A DNA stretch of 64,000 nt from an uncultured Chloroflexia bacterium (lineage in GTDB: Bacteria; Chloroflexota; Dehalococcoidia; DSTF01; JACRBR01), in contig CAWJLO010000005.1 of the NCBI GenBank assembly GCA_963843685.1, positions 790 through 64,789 of the forward strand, read 5' to 3'. Below, piece after piece: positions 28,738 through 38,632 of the stretch (position 1 is its first letter; each line of letters begins with the position of its first letter). The notes under the pieces are model-generated. The model was not told the origin of the DNA. It was given only the letters and a program-made list of their open reading frames with translations, and did not search any database. A program made the position numbers and the translations under genes.

Positions 28738-30142
28738 CTATAGGGGAGGGTGGGTGGTTCGGGACAACGAGCGCGTGCCGGACGCTGCCATGCCCTGGTG
28801 CAGGCCGTAGCCCCCACGCTTCGCCGTGTACATCCGTCGAACCAACCATCTTCGCGCCGACGTCGTCGCCCATCTTGATGCTGTAGTTCTGCCGCGGTCC
28901 TCCGGGTAAAGATCTTGCGTCATCGTCTCGAGGGATAGAGGCCCTGCGACGCGGCGTGCGGTGGTCGGGCTTGTCGGCGCTGTAGCCGGTCTTGATGATG
29001 GGCTGCGCGAACGGCGCCGCGAACAGCCACCGCCGCGTGATCCAGTCGGGCGAGAACGCGGGGTTGATCTTCTTCAGCGCCGGCTCGTACAGCGCCCACA
29101 GCTCGTCCTCGGACATCGAGAGGTACGGGTGGTCCTGGCTCAGGTAGTTGGAGATGTAGAGGATGTGCTCCCCGCCGTAGTTCTCCGGGCCGACGAAGTT
29201 CGTGTGCTCGATCACGGCCAGGAACGGCATGCTGCGGTCGCCGATGTTCATCCAGTAGATGGGCGAGAGCGAGCGCTTCATCGTCAGCACCATGCACAGC
29301 GCCGCCTGCCACCCCACCGCCCCGAGCTGCCGCTCGTACTCCGGCGTCAGCGGCGGCGCCATCTTCTTGAACAGCAGCGACGGGATCGCCGCCACCACAG
29401 CGTCGGCCGCGACCTCCGTGCCGTCCGCCAGCACGATGCCGGTCGCGCGGTTGTCCTTGGCCGTGATCCGCTGCACCGGCGATGACGTGCGCACGTCGAC
29501 GCCGCCGGCCCGCAGGCGTCGCTCCATCTCGTCGATGTACACCGCGAAGGAGCCCATCAGGTAGCCCAGCTCCTCCTTCTGCGACACCCCCTGCCGCGAC
29601 TGGAAGCGCAGGTGGATCTTGCTCCACAGCCACGCCATCGCGACCTGGTCGTAGGCGTCGCCGTACTTCCCGTGGAGCATGACGCCCCAGAACTTGTCGA
29701 ACACCGCCTTGGAGACGTTCTTCTCGATCCAGTCCTTCGCCGTGATGCGCTCGAACTCCGCCCAGTCGTCGCGCCGGCGCAACCGCAGCCCCATCAGGCC
29801 GAGGCGGATGCGGTCCAGCGGCGGCAGCGGGGCGAACTTCAGCAGGTCGAAGGGCGTTACCAGCGGGTAGAGCTTGCCGTCCGTGAACCAGCCGACCTTC
29901 GACTCGATCCACTTCAGGTCGCCGCCGTAGCCCAGCTCCTTGATCAGATCGATGATCGTCGTGTCGGTGGAGAACAGGTGGTGGTAGTACGACTCGAGCT
30001 TCGTGCCGCCGACCTCGAAGGTGCGGACGAGGCCGCCGAGCTGGTCGCTCGCCTCGTACAGCGCGACCTCGTGGCCGCCCTGCATCAGGCGGTAGGCCGT
30101 GGTCATGCCGGCGACGCCGCCGCCGATGACGACGACCTTCAC
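28738..30142 (-). pseudogene. NAD(P)/FAD-dependent oxidoreductase (amine-oxidase/desaturase-like), with a C-terminal region disrupted by about three single-base indels (28840-28945)
   Basis: The N-terminus has a Rossmann dinucleotide-binding motif (MKVVVIGGGVAGMTTAYRL). At the C-terminus, protein-like segments alternate between frames (..KPDHRTP, then VAGPLSLETMTQDLYPEDRG, then QNYSIKMGDDVGAKMVG, then ..RMYTAKRGGYGLHQGMAASG..*). The last frame stops 30 bp before nuoE. A GTG start overlaps the stop of the upstream gene. Confidence 0.5.
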
Positions 30143-31377
30143 TTCCGGCCCGACCCCTCGACCGCGGGGCGGCCCGGACGCGCGACCGCCGGCACCGTCT
30201 CCTCGAGGTCCTCGACGAGCGCCTCGGCCTCCGCTTCCGCCTCAACCCGCGCGGTGCCCTGCAGCATCTCGCCGAAGCTGAGGTCCATCGACCACATCAG
30301 AATGAGGCCGGCGGCGACGACGGGCAGCAGCAGGATGGCGTGCAGGCCGATGGCGTACGCGGCGGCGTCCTGCTGCAGCGTGCCCGCGCCGGCCGCGCCG
30401 AAGGCGATGATCGTCTTCGACACCACCAGCTCGAACGCGCCGACGCCGCCCTGCGTGGCGACGATGGCGATGGCGAGGTTGGCGGCGGCCGTGATCAGCA
30501 GGAAGACGGTGAAGCTCTCGTGGATGCCGAACGCCCGCGCGACGATGAAGTACACCGTCGCTTCCAGCGACCAGGAGATGAGCGACGTCAGCCACGCGAA
30601 GAACAGGTCGACGGGGCTGCGCAGCGCGTGCAGGCCGTCGAAGAACGAGTGCAGGATGCCCTCCACCTTCGGCTTGACCCGCGCCGGCGCAAACCGGTGC
30701 ACCAGCCGGTGGAGCAGCCGCCGGCCGCTGTCCGAGAGCGCGAGGTAGAACAGGATGCCGAGCGCGATGCCGAACAGCACAGCCATGACGATGCCCAGCC
30801 CCACGAAGTTCAGGTCGTGCCCGAACACCTTGAAGCTCGCCTGGTCGCCGACGATGGCGGCGCAGATGAACATCATCGGGATCAGCGTCACGCCGTCGAA
30901 CAGCCGGTCCACGGCGATCGTGCCCAGGGACGTCGTCTTGCTGATGCGTTCGCGCTGGCCGAGCACGTAGGCCCGCGCCAGCTCGCCCGCGCGGGCGGGG
31001 AGGACGTTGTTCGCCATCAGGCCGACGAGGACGACGGGATAGAGGCGGAGCGCGCTGACCTTCTTCACGGGACGCAGCAGGTACTGCCAGCGGACGGTGC
31101 GGACGAAGAGGCCCAGGAAGTAGATCGGCAGCGCCAGCAGGGCCAGCTTCCAGTCGGCGTTCTCGAAGGCCCGCTTCATGTCCGGGAACTTGTCCCAGTT
31201 GCGCCACACAAACCAGCCCAGCAGGAGCCCGGTGACGACCATGCCAATCCAGAAACCGCGGCTCTTGAGCAAGGTGGGAGTCTCCAGTGGGGGAATACGG
31301 GCCGGCCGGAGGGCGCTCGCTGTTATGTTCGGCCGCCGGACCCGCGCATTATAGAGTCCGCGCCGGGGCCGCCTCAA
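30139..31377 (-). CDS. UPF0104 / lysylphosphatidylglycerol-synthase-TM-like (flippase-like) integral membrane protein
   Basis: About 8 TM segments, a YbhN/LPG_synthase_TM-like topology, and an acidic EAEAEAEALVEDLEE tail. The N-terminal start is uncertain. Confidence 0.6.
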   Translation of the reverse strand: MRRPRRGLYNARVRRPNITASALRPARIPPLETPTLLKSRGFWIGMVVTGLLLGWFVWRNWDKFPDMKRAFENADWKLALLALPIYFLGLFVRTVRWQYLLRPVKKVSALRLYPVVLVGLMANNVLPARAGELARAYVLGQRERISKTTSLGTIAVDRLFDGVTLIPMMFICAAIVGDQASFKVFGHDLNFVGLGIVMAVLFGIALGILFYLALSDSGRRLLHRLVHRFAPARVKPKVEGILHSFFDGLHALRSPVDLFFAWLTSLISWSLEATVYFIVARAFGIHESFTVFLLITAAANLAIAIVATQGGVGAFELVVSKTIIAFGAAGAGTLQQDAAAYAIGLHAILLLPVVAAGLILMWSMDLSFGEMLQGTARVEAEAEAEALVEDLEETVPAVARPGRPAVEGSGRK

Positions 31378-31424
31378 TGAAGCTGTGGCGCCCGAAGATC
31401 AAACGATCCTCGGGCGCCCTTATG

Positions 31425-34400
31425 TCACTTTATGATGTCGCTCAGCGGGATCTTCCGCACCACGTTCCCCGCCGAGTCCGCCACCAGCACGGACGTGCCG
31501 TCCGTCGCGATGCCCACCGGCCGCTCCAGCGGCGACTGGCCCTCGCGCGGCAGCGCGTACGAGGCGACCTGCTTCCCCGCCTGGTCGAACACCAGCACGT
31601 TGCCATCGGACGACGAGGTGCAGCCGACGCTGCCGCACGGGTTGGGGTCCGTGACCAGGAGCCGCCCGTCGGGCAGGAGCGCGAGGTACGGCCGGTCCGT
31701 CACGTTAAAGCTTCCCCATGACGGGACAGGGATCTCGCTCTTCTGGTTGAAGTCCTTGTCGAGCACGAGGATGCGCTGGTGCCAGAAGTCGGCGATGTAG
31801 ATGTCGCCGTTCGGCGCCACCGCCAGGCCCGTCGGCTCCTTGAGCTTCAGCGTCGCCGCCGCGTCTTCGTCCTTCCCGCCGATCTGCCGCACGTAATCGC
31901 CGTCCGGCGTGTACTCGACGATGCGGTCGTTGCCCGTGTCGGCGATCAGGATGTTCCCGGACGGCTCCACGACGATCTTGCGCGGGCCGTAGAGCTTCAT
32001 CGGATCCCCGCCGGCGTCGACCTGGCCGCCGCTGCCCCAGCTCGTGACCTTCTTCAGGTCCTTGTCGAGCTTCACGATCGTGTGGTTCCACGTGTCGGCG
32101 ACGTAGACCGTGCCGTCCGGCGCGACGGCCATCGACCACGGCTGGTTGAGCTGCACGTCCGAGCCGAAGCCGCCGGCCGCGGCGATGAACTTGCCGTCGG
32201 CGTCGTACTTCTCGATGCGGCTGTTGCTGGTCGCGCTGTCGGCGACGTAGATGTTGCCCTGCGCGTCGAACGCGACGTCAGCCGGCGCGCTGAGCTGGCC
32301 CAGCGCCGTGCCCGTGCCGCCGATGACGATCTGATCGCCTTCGGTGTGGACCGTCGGCCCAACGGGTTGCGTGGGCACGCCAGTGAAGTCGGACGGGAAG
32401 AATGCGACGGCATCGGAGTCGCCGACCGGCGCCGGCAGCGTGCGGCGCACCCAGAAGTCGAGCCAGTACTTCACCTCGCCGGAGAAGAGATCGCTGAAGA
32501 AGTTCTGCGACGAGTACATACCGTCCGCGCCGCGGTACTCCTCCGGGAACCAGCGCCGGTGGTGATACGGGATCGGCTGGCCGTAGCCGCTGCCGACCTG
32601 GACGTTCGGCGCGTCGTCTTTGCTCGCGAGCACGACGGAGCCCGGTGGAGGCGTGTACGCCGACGACATCGACGGGTAGTTGACGGCCTTGTAGTTCCGC
32701 AGGTACCACGCCCACGGCCACGTGTACCCGTCGATCGGGTCCACCTCAATCGGCAGGTTCTTGCCCTGGCCGGACTGCTTGGCGTACTGGTCGATGCGGT
32801 CCATGAGCGCCGGGATGTCGCCGGAGGTCTGCGTGTAGACCAGCAGCTCATCCGGCACCTCGCCGTGGTCCTGGGTCGTGAGCACGCTGTCGAGATACGT
32901 CGTGTTGTCCGGATGGCCCCACGAGGCGAGGATGCCCGCGCGCAGCGTGAAGACGCCGGCGGCGGCGATGAATCCCACCAGTGCCACCTGCCACGCCGTA
33001 CGTCTGCTGTACCCGCGGTACGACCAGTACACGGCGACGAACGCGACCAACACCAGGATCCAGCCGCCGATCGACGCAGGCGAGCGCCAGCCGATGATGA
33101 CGAACACCAGGATCGCGAGCGCTGAGGCGACGGCCGCGTACATGTACGGCGCGAAGCGCTCGATCTTCGGGATGTCATCTCGCAGGTCCGTGCGCTGGAG
33201 GAAGTCGCCGACGAACTTGCCGGCGAGCACCGCCAGCGGCAGCGCGATGTGCACGTTCAGCCACGGCATCTTCTCGCCGGCGACCGTCAGCGCGAACGCC
33301 GTGATCACGGCCCAGTACATCAGGAAGCGCGTCAGGCGGTCCATCGGGAACGCCAGCACGGCCACGACGACGAGCATGAACGGCAGCACGATGTGCAGCA
33401 GCGAGACCTTCTGGAACTGCGGGCCCGATGGCAGCAGCAGCAGCGCGATGATGGCGACGAAGATCGCCGCGACGTAGAGCGCGTACTGCAGCTTGCCGCG
33501 GATCGCGTAGTAGCAGGCCGCGATGATCGAGAGGATCAGCGGCAGGAACTCGTACACGGGGATGGTGATGAAGTAGTAGTAGTCGGGCTGGTTGCCGCGG
33601 CGCACGTCCTGCTGGCTGATCCAGTAGTCCATCGAGCCCCAGATGCCCGAGAAGAAGCCCGCGGGGTTAGAGAAGAACGTCGTGTAGAGGAGGACGAACG
33701 GGATCCAGAAGCAGGCGGCGGCGATGAGCCAGACCTTCGGCTTCCACAGCATGCCCAGCGACACCGAGACGGCGATCAGCGACCAGATCATCACCATCGC
33801 CACGCCGAACTCCTGCGTGGCGATGTGCGAATCGCTGTTGTCGCCGGCGCGGTTGCGCCACTCCTTGCCGAAGAACGGCAAGAACTGGACGCCCGCCGCG
33901 TACTGCGGCAGCGCCAGCGTCCCCATCACGATCACCAGGTTCGCTTCTGGAGGCAGCTCCTCCAGGTCGTAGCGCTCTCGCCACTTCTGGAGCCACGGCC
34001 AGCCTATGGCGATCGCCCAGGCGATGAACGAGAGGCCGATGATGAGCGCCGCATACTGCGCCGTCGACATGTTCTCCGACTTCGCGCGGATGCGGTCCGC
34101 CAGGTGCGTCGCGAACATGAAGTCCATGAACAGGATGAAGGCGCCGACGGTCATGAACGTCGTCTCCTTCGTGCAGAAGGAGCCGGCCATGAATCCCGCC
34201 GTCAGGTAGAGGTAGCGGTCCTTCTGCGTGGCGATGTACCGCCACATGAAGATGACGATCCCGAACGTCCAGAACGCGGTGTAGATGTCCTCGCGCGTGA
34301 AGCGGCTGTAGTACATCAGCGTCGGCGAGATGGCGATGAAGGCCGCGGCCGCCAGCGCGCCGACTGTGCCGAGCTGTCTCCGGAACAGCCACGGCATGAA

Positions 34401-34811
34401 GACCAGGGCCGTGCCCAGCGTGGCGGCCAGCGTCCGTGCCTGGAACTCCCCGTCCTGGAAGATCCACATGACGAAGCCGTTGCCGATGAACTGGAACGGC
34501 CCGTGCATGAAGGGCACGTGCTTGTAGTTGTCGGTGTTCGCCGTGCCGAACGTGAAGAACTCGCGGAGCGCCTTCGTGAAGCCGTAGCTGAAGTAGCCGT
34601 GCAGGCTCTCGTCGTGGTGCATGGCCCGGTCGCCGAGCTGGTAGAAGCGCAGCACGGCCGCGAAGACGACCAGCACGCCGTAGGCGGCCAGCTCCCAGTA
34701 GCGCGTCGCCAGCCCCGTGATCCGCTCGCGCGTGGCCTCGTCCACGGCGAACGTCTTCAGCCGTTCGCCCGTCGTGCCCCCGTACTGAGCCTCGGGTTCC
34801 TGCACGCTCAT
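31425..34811 (-). CDS. large membrane protein: N-terminal GT-C-like (PMT/ArnT-like, TIGR03663-type) polytopic domain fused to a C-terminal NHL-repeat beta-propeller
   Basis: 1128 aa. The N-terminal half has more than 12 TM segments and a HHDESLHGYFSYGF motif typical of TIGR03663/PMT_2-like proteins. The C-terminal 300 aa contain repeated NHL-like units (GNIYVADSATSNSRIEKY, GTVYVADTWNHTIVKL, GNILIADTGNDRIVEY, GDIYIADFWHQRILVL). Confidence 0.7.
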   Translation of the reverse strand: MSVQEPEAQYGGTTGERLKTFAVDEATRERITGLATRYWELAAYGVLVVFAAVLRFYQLGDRAMHHDESLHGYFSYGFTKALREFFTFGTANTDNYKHVPFMHGPFQFIGNGFVMWIFQDGEFQARTLAATLGTALVFMPWLFRRQLGTVGALAAAAFIAISPTLMYYSRFTREDIYTAFWTFGIVIFMWRYIATQKDRYLYLTAGFMAGSFCTKETTFMTVGAFILFMDFMFATHLADRIRAKSENMSTAQYAALIIGLSFIAWAIAIGWPWLQKWRERYDLEELPPEANLVIVMGTLALPQYAAGVQFLPFFGKEWRNRAGDNSDSHIATQEFGVAMVMIWSLIAVSVSLGMLWKPKVWLIAAACFWIPFVLLYTTFFSNPAGFFSGIWGSMDYWISQQDVRRGNQPDYYYFITIPVYEFLPLILSIIAACYYAIRGKLQYALYVAAIFVAIIALLLLPSGPQFQKVSLLHIVLPFMLVVVAVLAFPMDRLTRFLMYWAVITAFALTVAGEKMPWLNVHIALPLAVLAGKFVGDFLQRTDLRDDIPKIERFAPYMYAAVASALAILVFVIIGWRSPASIGGWILVLVAFVAVYWSYRGYSRRTAWQVALVGFIAAAGVFTLRAGILASWGHPDNTTYLDSVLTTQDHGEVPDELLVYTQTSGDIPALMDRIDQYAKQSGQGKNLPIEVDPIDGYTWPWAWYLRNYKAVNYPSMSSAYTPPPGSVVLASKDDAPNVQVGSGYGQPIPYHHRRWFPEEYRGADGMYSSQNFFSDLFSGEVKYWLDFWVRRTLPAPVGDSDAVAFFPSDFTGVPTQPVGPTVHTEGDQIVIGGTGTALGQLSAPADVAFDAQGNIYVADSATSNSRIEKYDADGKFIAAAGGFGSDVQLNQPWSMAVAPDGTVYVADTWNHTIVKLDKDLKKVTSWGSGGQVDAGGDPMKLYGPRKIVVEPSGNILIADTGNDRIVEYTPDGDYVRQIGGKDEDAAATLKLKEPTGLAVAPNGDIYIADFWHQRILVLDKDFNQKSEIPVPSWGSFNVTDRPYLALLPDGRLLVTDPNPCGSVGCTSSSDGNVLVFDQAGKQVASYALPREGQSPLERPVGIATDGTSVLVADSAGNVVRKIPLSDIIK

Positions 34812-37472
34812 CTCTGCGCCGCCTCCACCTCGCCTGTCAGGCCCGTCGTTCGATATATCGTAACCGCTCCGTATTGCGCCGCCACCGGCATCGATTGGAA
34901 CTTGTCCATGCCCGGGCCCGGGTACAACTGCCTCTCAACATCTCCTACGATCACGAAGGTGATCCCGTATTTCTTGACGATCCGGTCCATCTCTGCCTGG
35001 TCCGTCGTCGTGTACAGGCCGGCGAGATCCTTCATCCGCTCATCGCATTCGGAGCAACGCCCGCCGCGCCACTGGTCCTCGTGCCCTCTCCAGCCCACCA
35101 CGGCCGGGACGCCCGTCGCGGTGGAGAACCGCGCGAACTCTGGATTGTAATCGTCTTTCGCTGCCTCCGCGATGACGAAGTCCTGCCCCTGGGCGATGCC
35201 CTGGAGCCACGCGACGGCCTGCTGCTCGTCCGGAGAGAGGAAGCGGCTGGCGTGGAGACTGCCGTCGAAACTGTGAATGCGGTTGGCCGTGCCTCCGAAC
35301 GGGAACGTCGCCGCCCCCAACAACACCACGACGGCCAGCACCGCCCACCCCGCGCGATACCACGTCGCTCGCGGAAAGCTCGCCTTCCACCGGCTGCTCA
35401 GGTAGTACACGGCGAACCCGGCCGCGACCGCGAGCATCATCCACGCCTGGTAGTAGAGCTTGAACACGGTGTTCATGCGCGAGTGGAATACGTCGCCCAC
35501 GAAGAAGAACTCCGTGCCGAGCACCAGCAGCAGCGCCGTCGCGATCAGCCCCAGCACGAAGATCAGCGGCTCACGCTCGCCGTCCGGCTCAGCGCCGGCG
35601 TCGCGCCGTGCCGTGACCTCGCACCACAGCGCGACCAGCGCCGCTGCCAGGAGCGCGCCGAGGAAGAGCGCCGTGACCCAGCCGTTGCCACGGTCGCCGA
35701 TCTGCGTGAACAGCCCGGTGTGGCTGCCGCCGAGGTTCGCGCTGCCATTCGTGTGCTCGAACAGGAAGACGGCAGCCCAGCCGGCGATGACGAGCACCAA
35801 CGGCACGAAGGAGATCGCCGTCATCCTCCGCGTGATGCGGTCGCGTGCGGCCAGCAGCCGCGCCCCGACGAGCGGCAGCGCGAGCGCGAAGAGGGGCCCC
35901 CAGAAGATCAGCAGGTGCAGCGGCTTGGTCGCCGGGATGCTGATGTTCGGATTGGAGACGACGGCGCCGATGCCACTCGCCTGCGACGTGAAGCTCAGGT
36001 AGAACGGCAGGTACAGCACCACCGCCAGCACGATGAGCGGCACGGCGAACGACAGCGCCTGCACCGCCAGCTCCGCGATCCAGCCGCCAAAGTACATCCG
36101 CGCCAGCACGATCAGCTCCAGCACGATCACCAGGCCCACCACGCCCGCGCCGGCCCGCCCGCCGAACGTCGTCGCGAGCGCGAACGCCAGGAGATTGACG
36201 ATCAGCCCGACGATCACGACGTTCCACGTGGTCTGTGTGAACGTCGTCGCCGCGGGCGGTGGAGCGCCCGTGTCGCGCGCGCGCCAGATCTGCATGCCGT
36301 CCTTCAGCGTCGCCGCCCCGACGACGACGAACGCCATCGTCGCGATGTCCCACGTGTTCAGGAACGCCAGCCCGCCGACGATCATCGCCGCCGCGGCGAG
36401 CACCAGCGGCCGCTCCAGCCAGAACGCGAGATCGAGCGGCTCCGCGCTGCGGTACAGCGTCAGTGCCAGCGCCACCGCGATCAGCACGAACGGCAGCGCC
36501 ATCACATGCGGGTGCAGGTCGCCCAGCACGAAGCTGAACATCGGGAACTCGGTGATCACCCGCGCGGTGTCGTCCGCCTGGTTGAGCGGGTAGATGCGCG
36601 ACGCGTTGAAGAAGCCGAAGAACGCCGACGGGAACCAGCTGTGCCGCGCAGCCTTCGGCCCCAGCCCCATCGATATCGATCCAGTCGTAGAAGCTCTGGT
36701 TGCCGATGTGGCGTGACGACAGGAAGACGAACACCCAGCTGAGATTCCCCATCACGACGAGGAACAGCCCGCCGGCGACCCCGAACAACGGCGGCCGCCA
36801 CCTCAGCATCGAGCGCCCTGACTCCCCCGCCGGCGCCGGCGCACTCGCCGACTCGCGCATCTCCACCAGGTTGTAGACCAGCCCGGCGGCGCCGACGAGC
36901 GCCATCGCCGCGATCATCGCCAGCCCGACGTTGTACGCGACGTCCGTCGGCACCTCCGCCAGCCGGCCCGTCATGGCGACCAGCAGGTAGCCGAAGTAGT
37001 AGTACGCGACGGTGTGTCCGGAGAGCCACGGGTCCTGCGGCGGGAAGTGCGACGCGCGTGTCGCCGCATTCACGTACATCAGGTCCATCGGCTGCTCGGT
37101 GATGTTCGCGTAGCCTACCTTCGACCGCAGCCAGACGACGATCGCGAAGACGACGAAGAACAGCAGCTCGACGCCCAGCACGTACCAGCCGTGAGCCGCC
37201 ACCCACGTCCTCAGCCCCGCTCGCTCGCGATACACGACGACGCCGGACCCGAAGGCGATGAGCACCAGCACGAGCGTGACGCCGCCGTTCGAGTTCGGCA
37301 GCACCTGCAGGCTGTTGAGCAGCCAGAACAGGTATCCGACCAGCAGCAACCCGAACGGCTTGGAGAGCGCGTATCCGCGGTCAGGCAGGCGCCGGAAGAG
37401 CGCCTGGCACAGCGGGAACGCGAGCGTCCCGATCAGCAGGAGGACGAACCACCACCGCAGCGTCTCGCTCAC
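34808..37472 (-). pseudogene. Chlor_Arch_YYY (DUF2298/TIGR03662) family membrane protein, with a +1 frameshift at about 36665
   Basis: The N-terminal 270 aa carry the signature HTVAYYYFGYLLVAM. After SFYDWIDIDG the protein continues in the +1 frame (PKAARHSWFPSAFFGFFNASRIYPLNQ...ITEFPMFSFVLGDLHPHVMA...). The stop overlaps the start of the downstream GT-C/NHL gene. Confidence 0.55.
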
Positions 37473-37583
37473 AGCGGCGTGCGGTCCGTCGCGGACGCGG
37501 GAGCGGCGTCGCGTCGATGAGACGTTGACTGCGGCGGCGCCTGTGAGGATCGCGGCTGTCGGACGGGAACGGCCCTCCCTGCG

Positions 37584-38564
37584 TTACTGAAACAGCGCTT
37601 CGACGAACTCCCGCGCATCGAACGGCGTCAGGTCCTCCGGCTTCTCTCCCGTGCCGATGAATCGCACCGGGATCTCGAGCTGATCGGACACGGCGAACAC
37701 GATGCCGCCCTTCGACGTGCCGTCGAGCTTCGTCAGGCAGAGCGCCGTGATCGGCACGACGTCCGCGAACGCTTTCGCCTGCACCAGCGCGTTCTGGCCC
37801 GTCGTCGCGTCCAGCACCAGCATCACCTCGTCGGGCCCCTCGGGCAGCTTGCGCTCGATGACGCGCCGGATCTTCCCCAGCTCCTCCATCAGGTTGAACT
37901 TCGTGTGCAGGCGCCCGGCTGTGTCGATCAGCACCACGTCCGCCCCGCGGCTCTCGGCCGCCGTCATCGCGTCGAACACCACCGCCCCCGGGTCGGCGCC
38001 CTGCTTGTGCGCGACGACGTCCGCGCCGACGACTTCGCCCCAGCTCTTCAGCTGCTCGATCGCCGCAGCGCGGAAGGTGTCGGCGGCCGCAACGACGACC
38101 TTCTCGCCGTCCTCACGATACGCCTGCGCCAGCTTGGCGACGCTCGTCGTCTTGCCGGTGCCGTTCACGCCGACGATCAGGATCACGGACGGCCTGCCGG
38201 GCGGCGGCGGTTCCTCCTCGCCCCAGATCCGCCCCTTCGCCGTCCCGGCCTGCAGCACCTGCACCAGCTCGTTCTGCAGCAACTCGCGCACGGCGGCCGG
38301 GTCCTTCACCCGGTCGCGCTCGACCTTCATCTGCACCTCACCGAGGATCTTGTGCGTCGTGGAGACCCCCGTGTCGGCGCCGATCAGCAGCTCCTCCAGC
38401 TCCTCCCAGATGTCGTCGTCGAGCTTGGCGCGGTCGAAGAGGCCGGAGATGCTGCCGAACCACCCCTTCCGGGTGCGCTCGAGCGCCTGCTCGGTCTTCT
38501 CGTCCGTCTCCTTGGTGCGCTTGAAGATACGAAGAATCAGCGGCCTCCCTTTGTGCCGGGGCAT
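37584..38564 (-). CDS. ftsY: signal recognition particle receptor FtsY
   Basis: LILRIFKRTKETDEKTEQ..., an NG domain with GVNGTGKTTSVAKLA, DTAGR and TKLDG. The start is chosen at MPRHKG; upstream is Ala/Arg-rich filler. Confidence 0.85.
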   Translation of the reverse strand: MPRHKGRPLILRIFKRTKETDEKTEQALERTRKGWFGSISGLFDRAKLDDDIWEELEELLIGADTGVSTTHKILGEVQMKVERDRVKDPAAVRELLQNELVQVLQAGTAKGRIWGEEEPPPPGRPSVILIVGVNGTGKTTSVAKLAQAYREDGEKVVVAAADTFRAAAIEQLKSWGEVVGADVVAHKQGADPGAVVFDAMTAAESRGADVVLIDTAGRLHTKFNLMEELGKIRRVIERKLPEGPDEVMLVLDATTGQNALVQAKAFADVVPITALCLTKLDGTSKGGIVFAVSDQLEIPVRFIGTGEKPEDLTPFDAREFVEALFQ

Positions 38565-38632
38565 TCTAGCGAGTGGGATCGAGGGGGTGAAGCGAGGGCC
38601 CGGCCGCGCCGTAGCGGTGCCGCTCGCCATGC

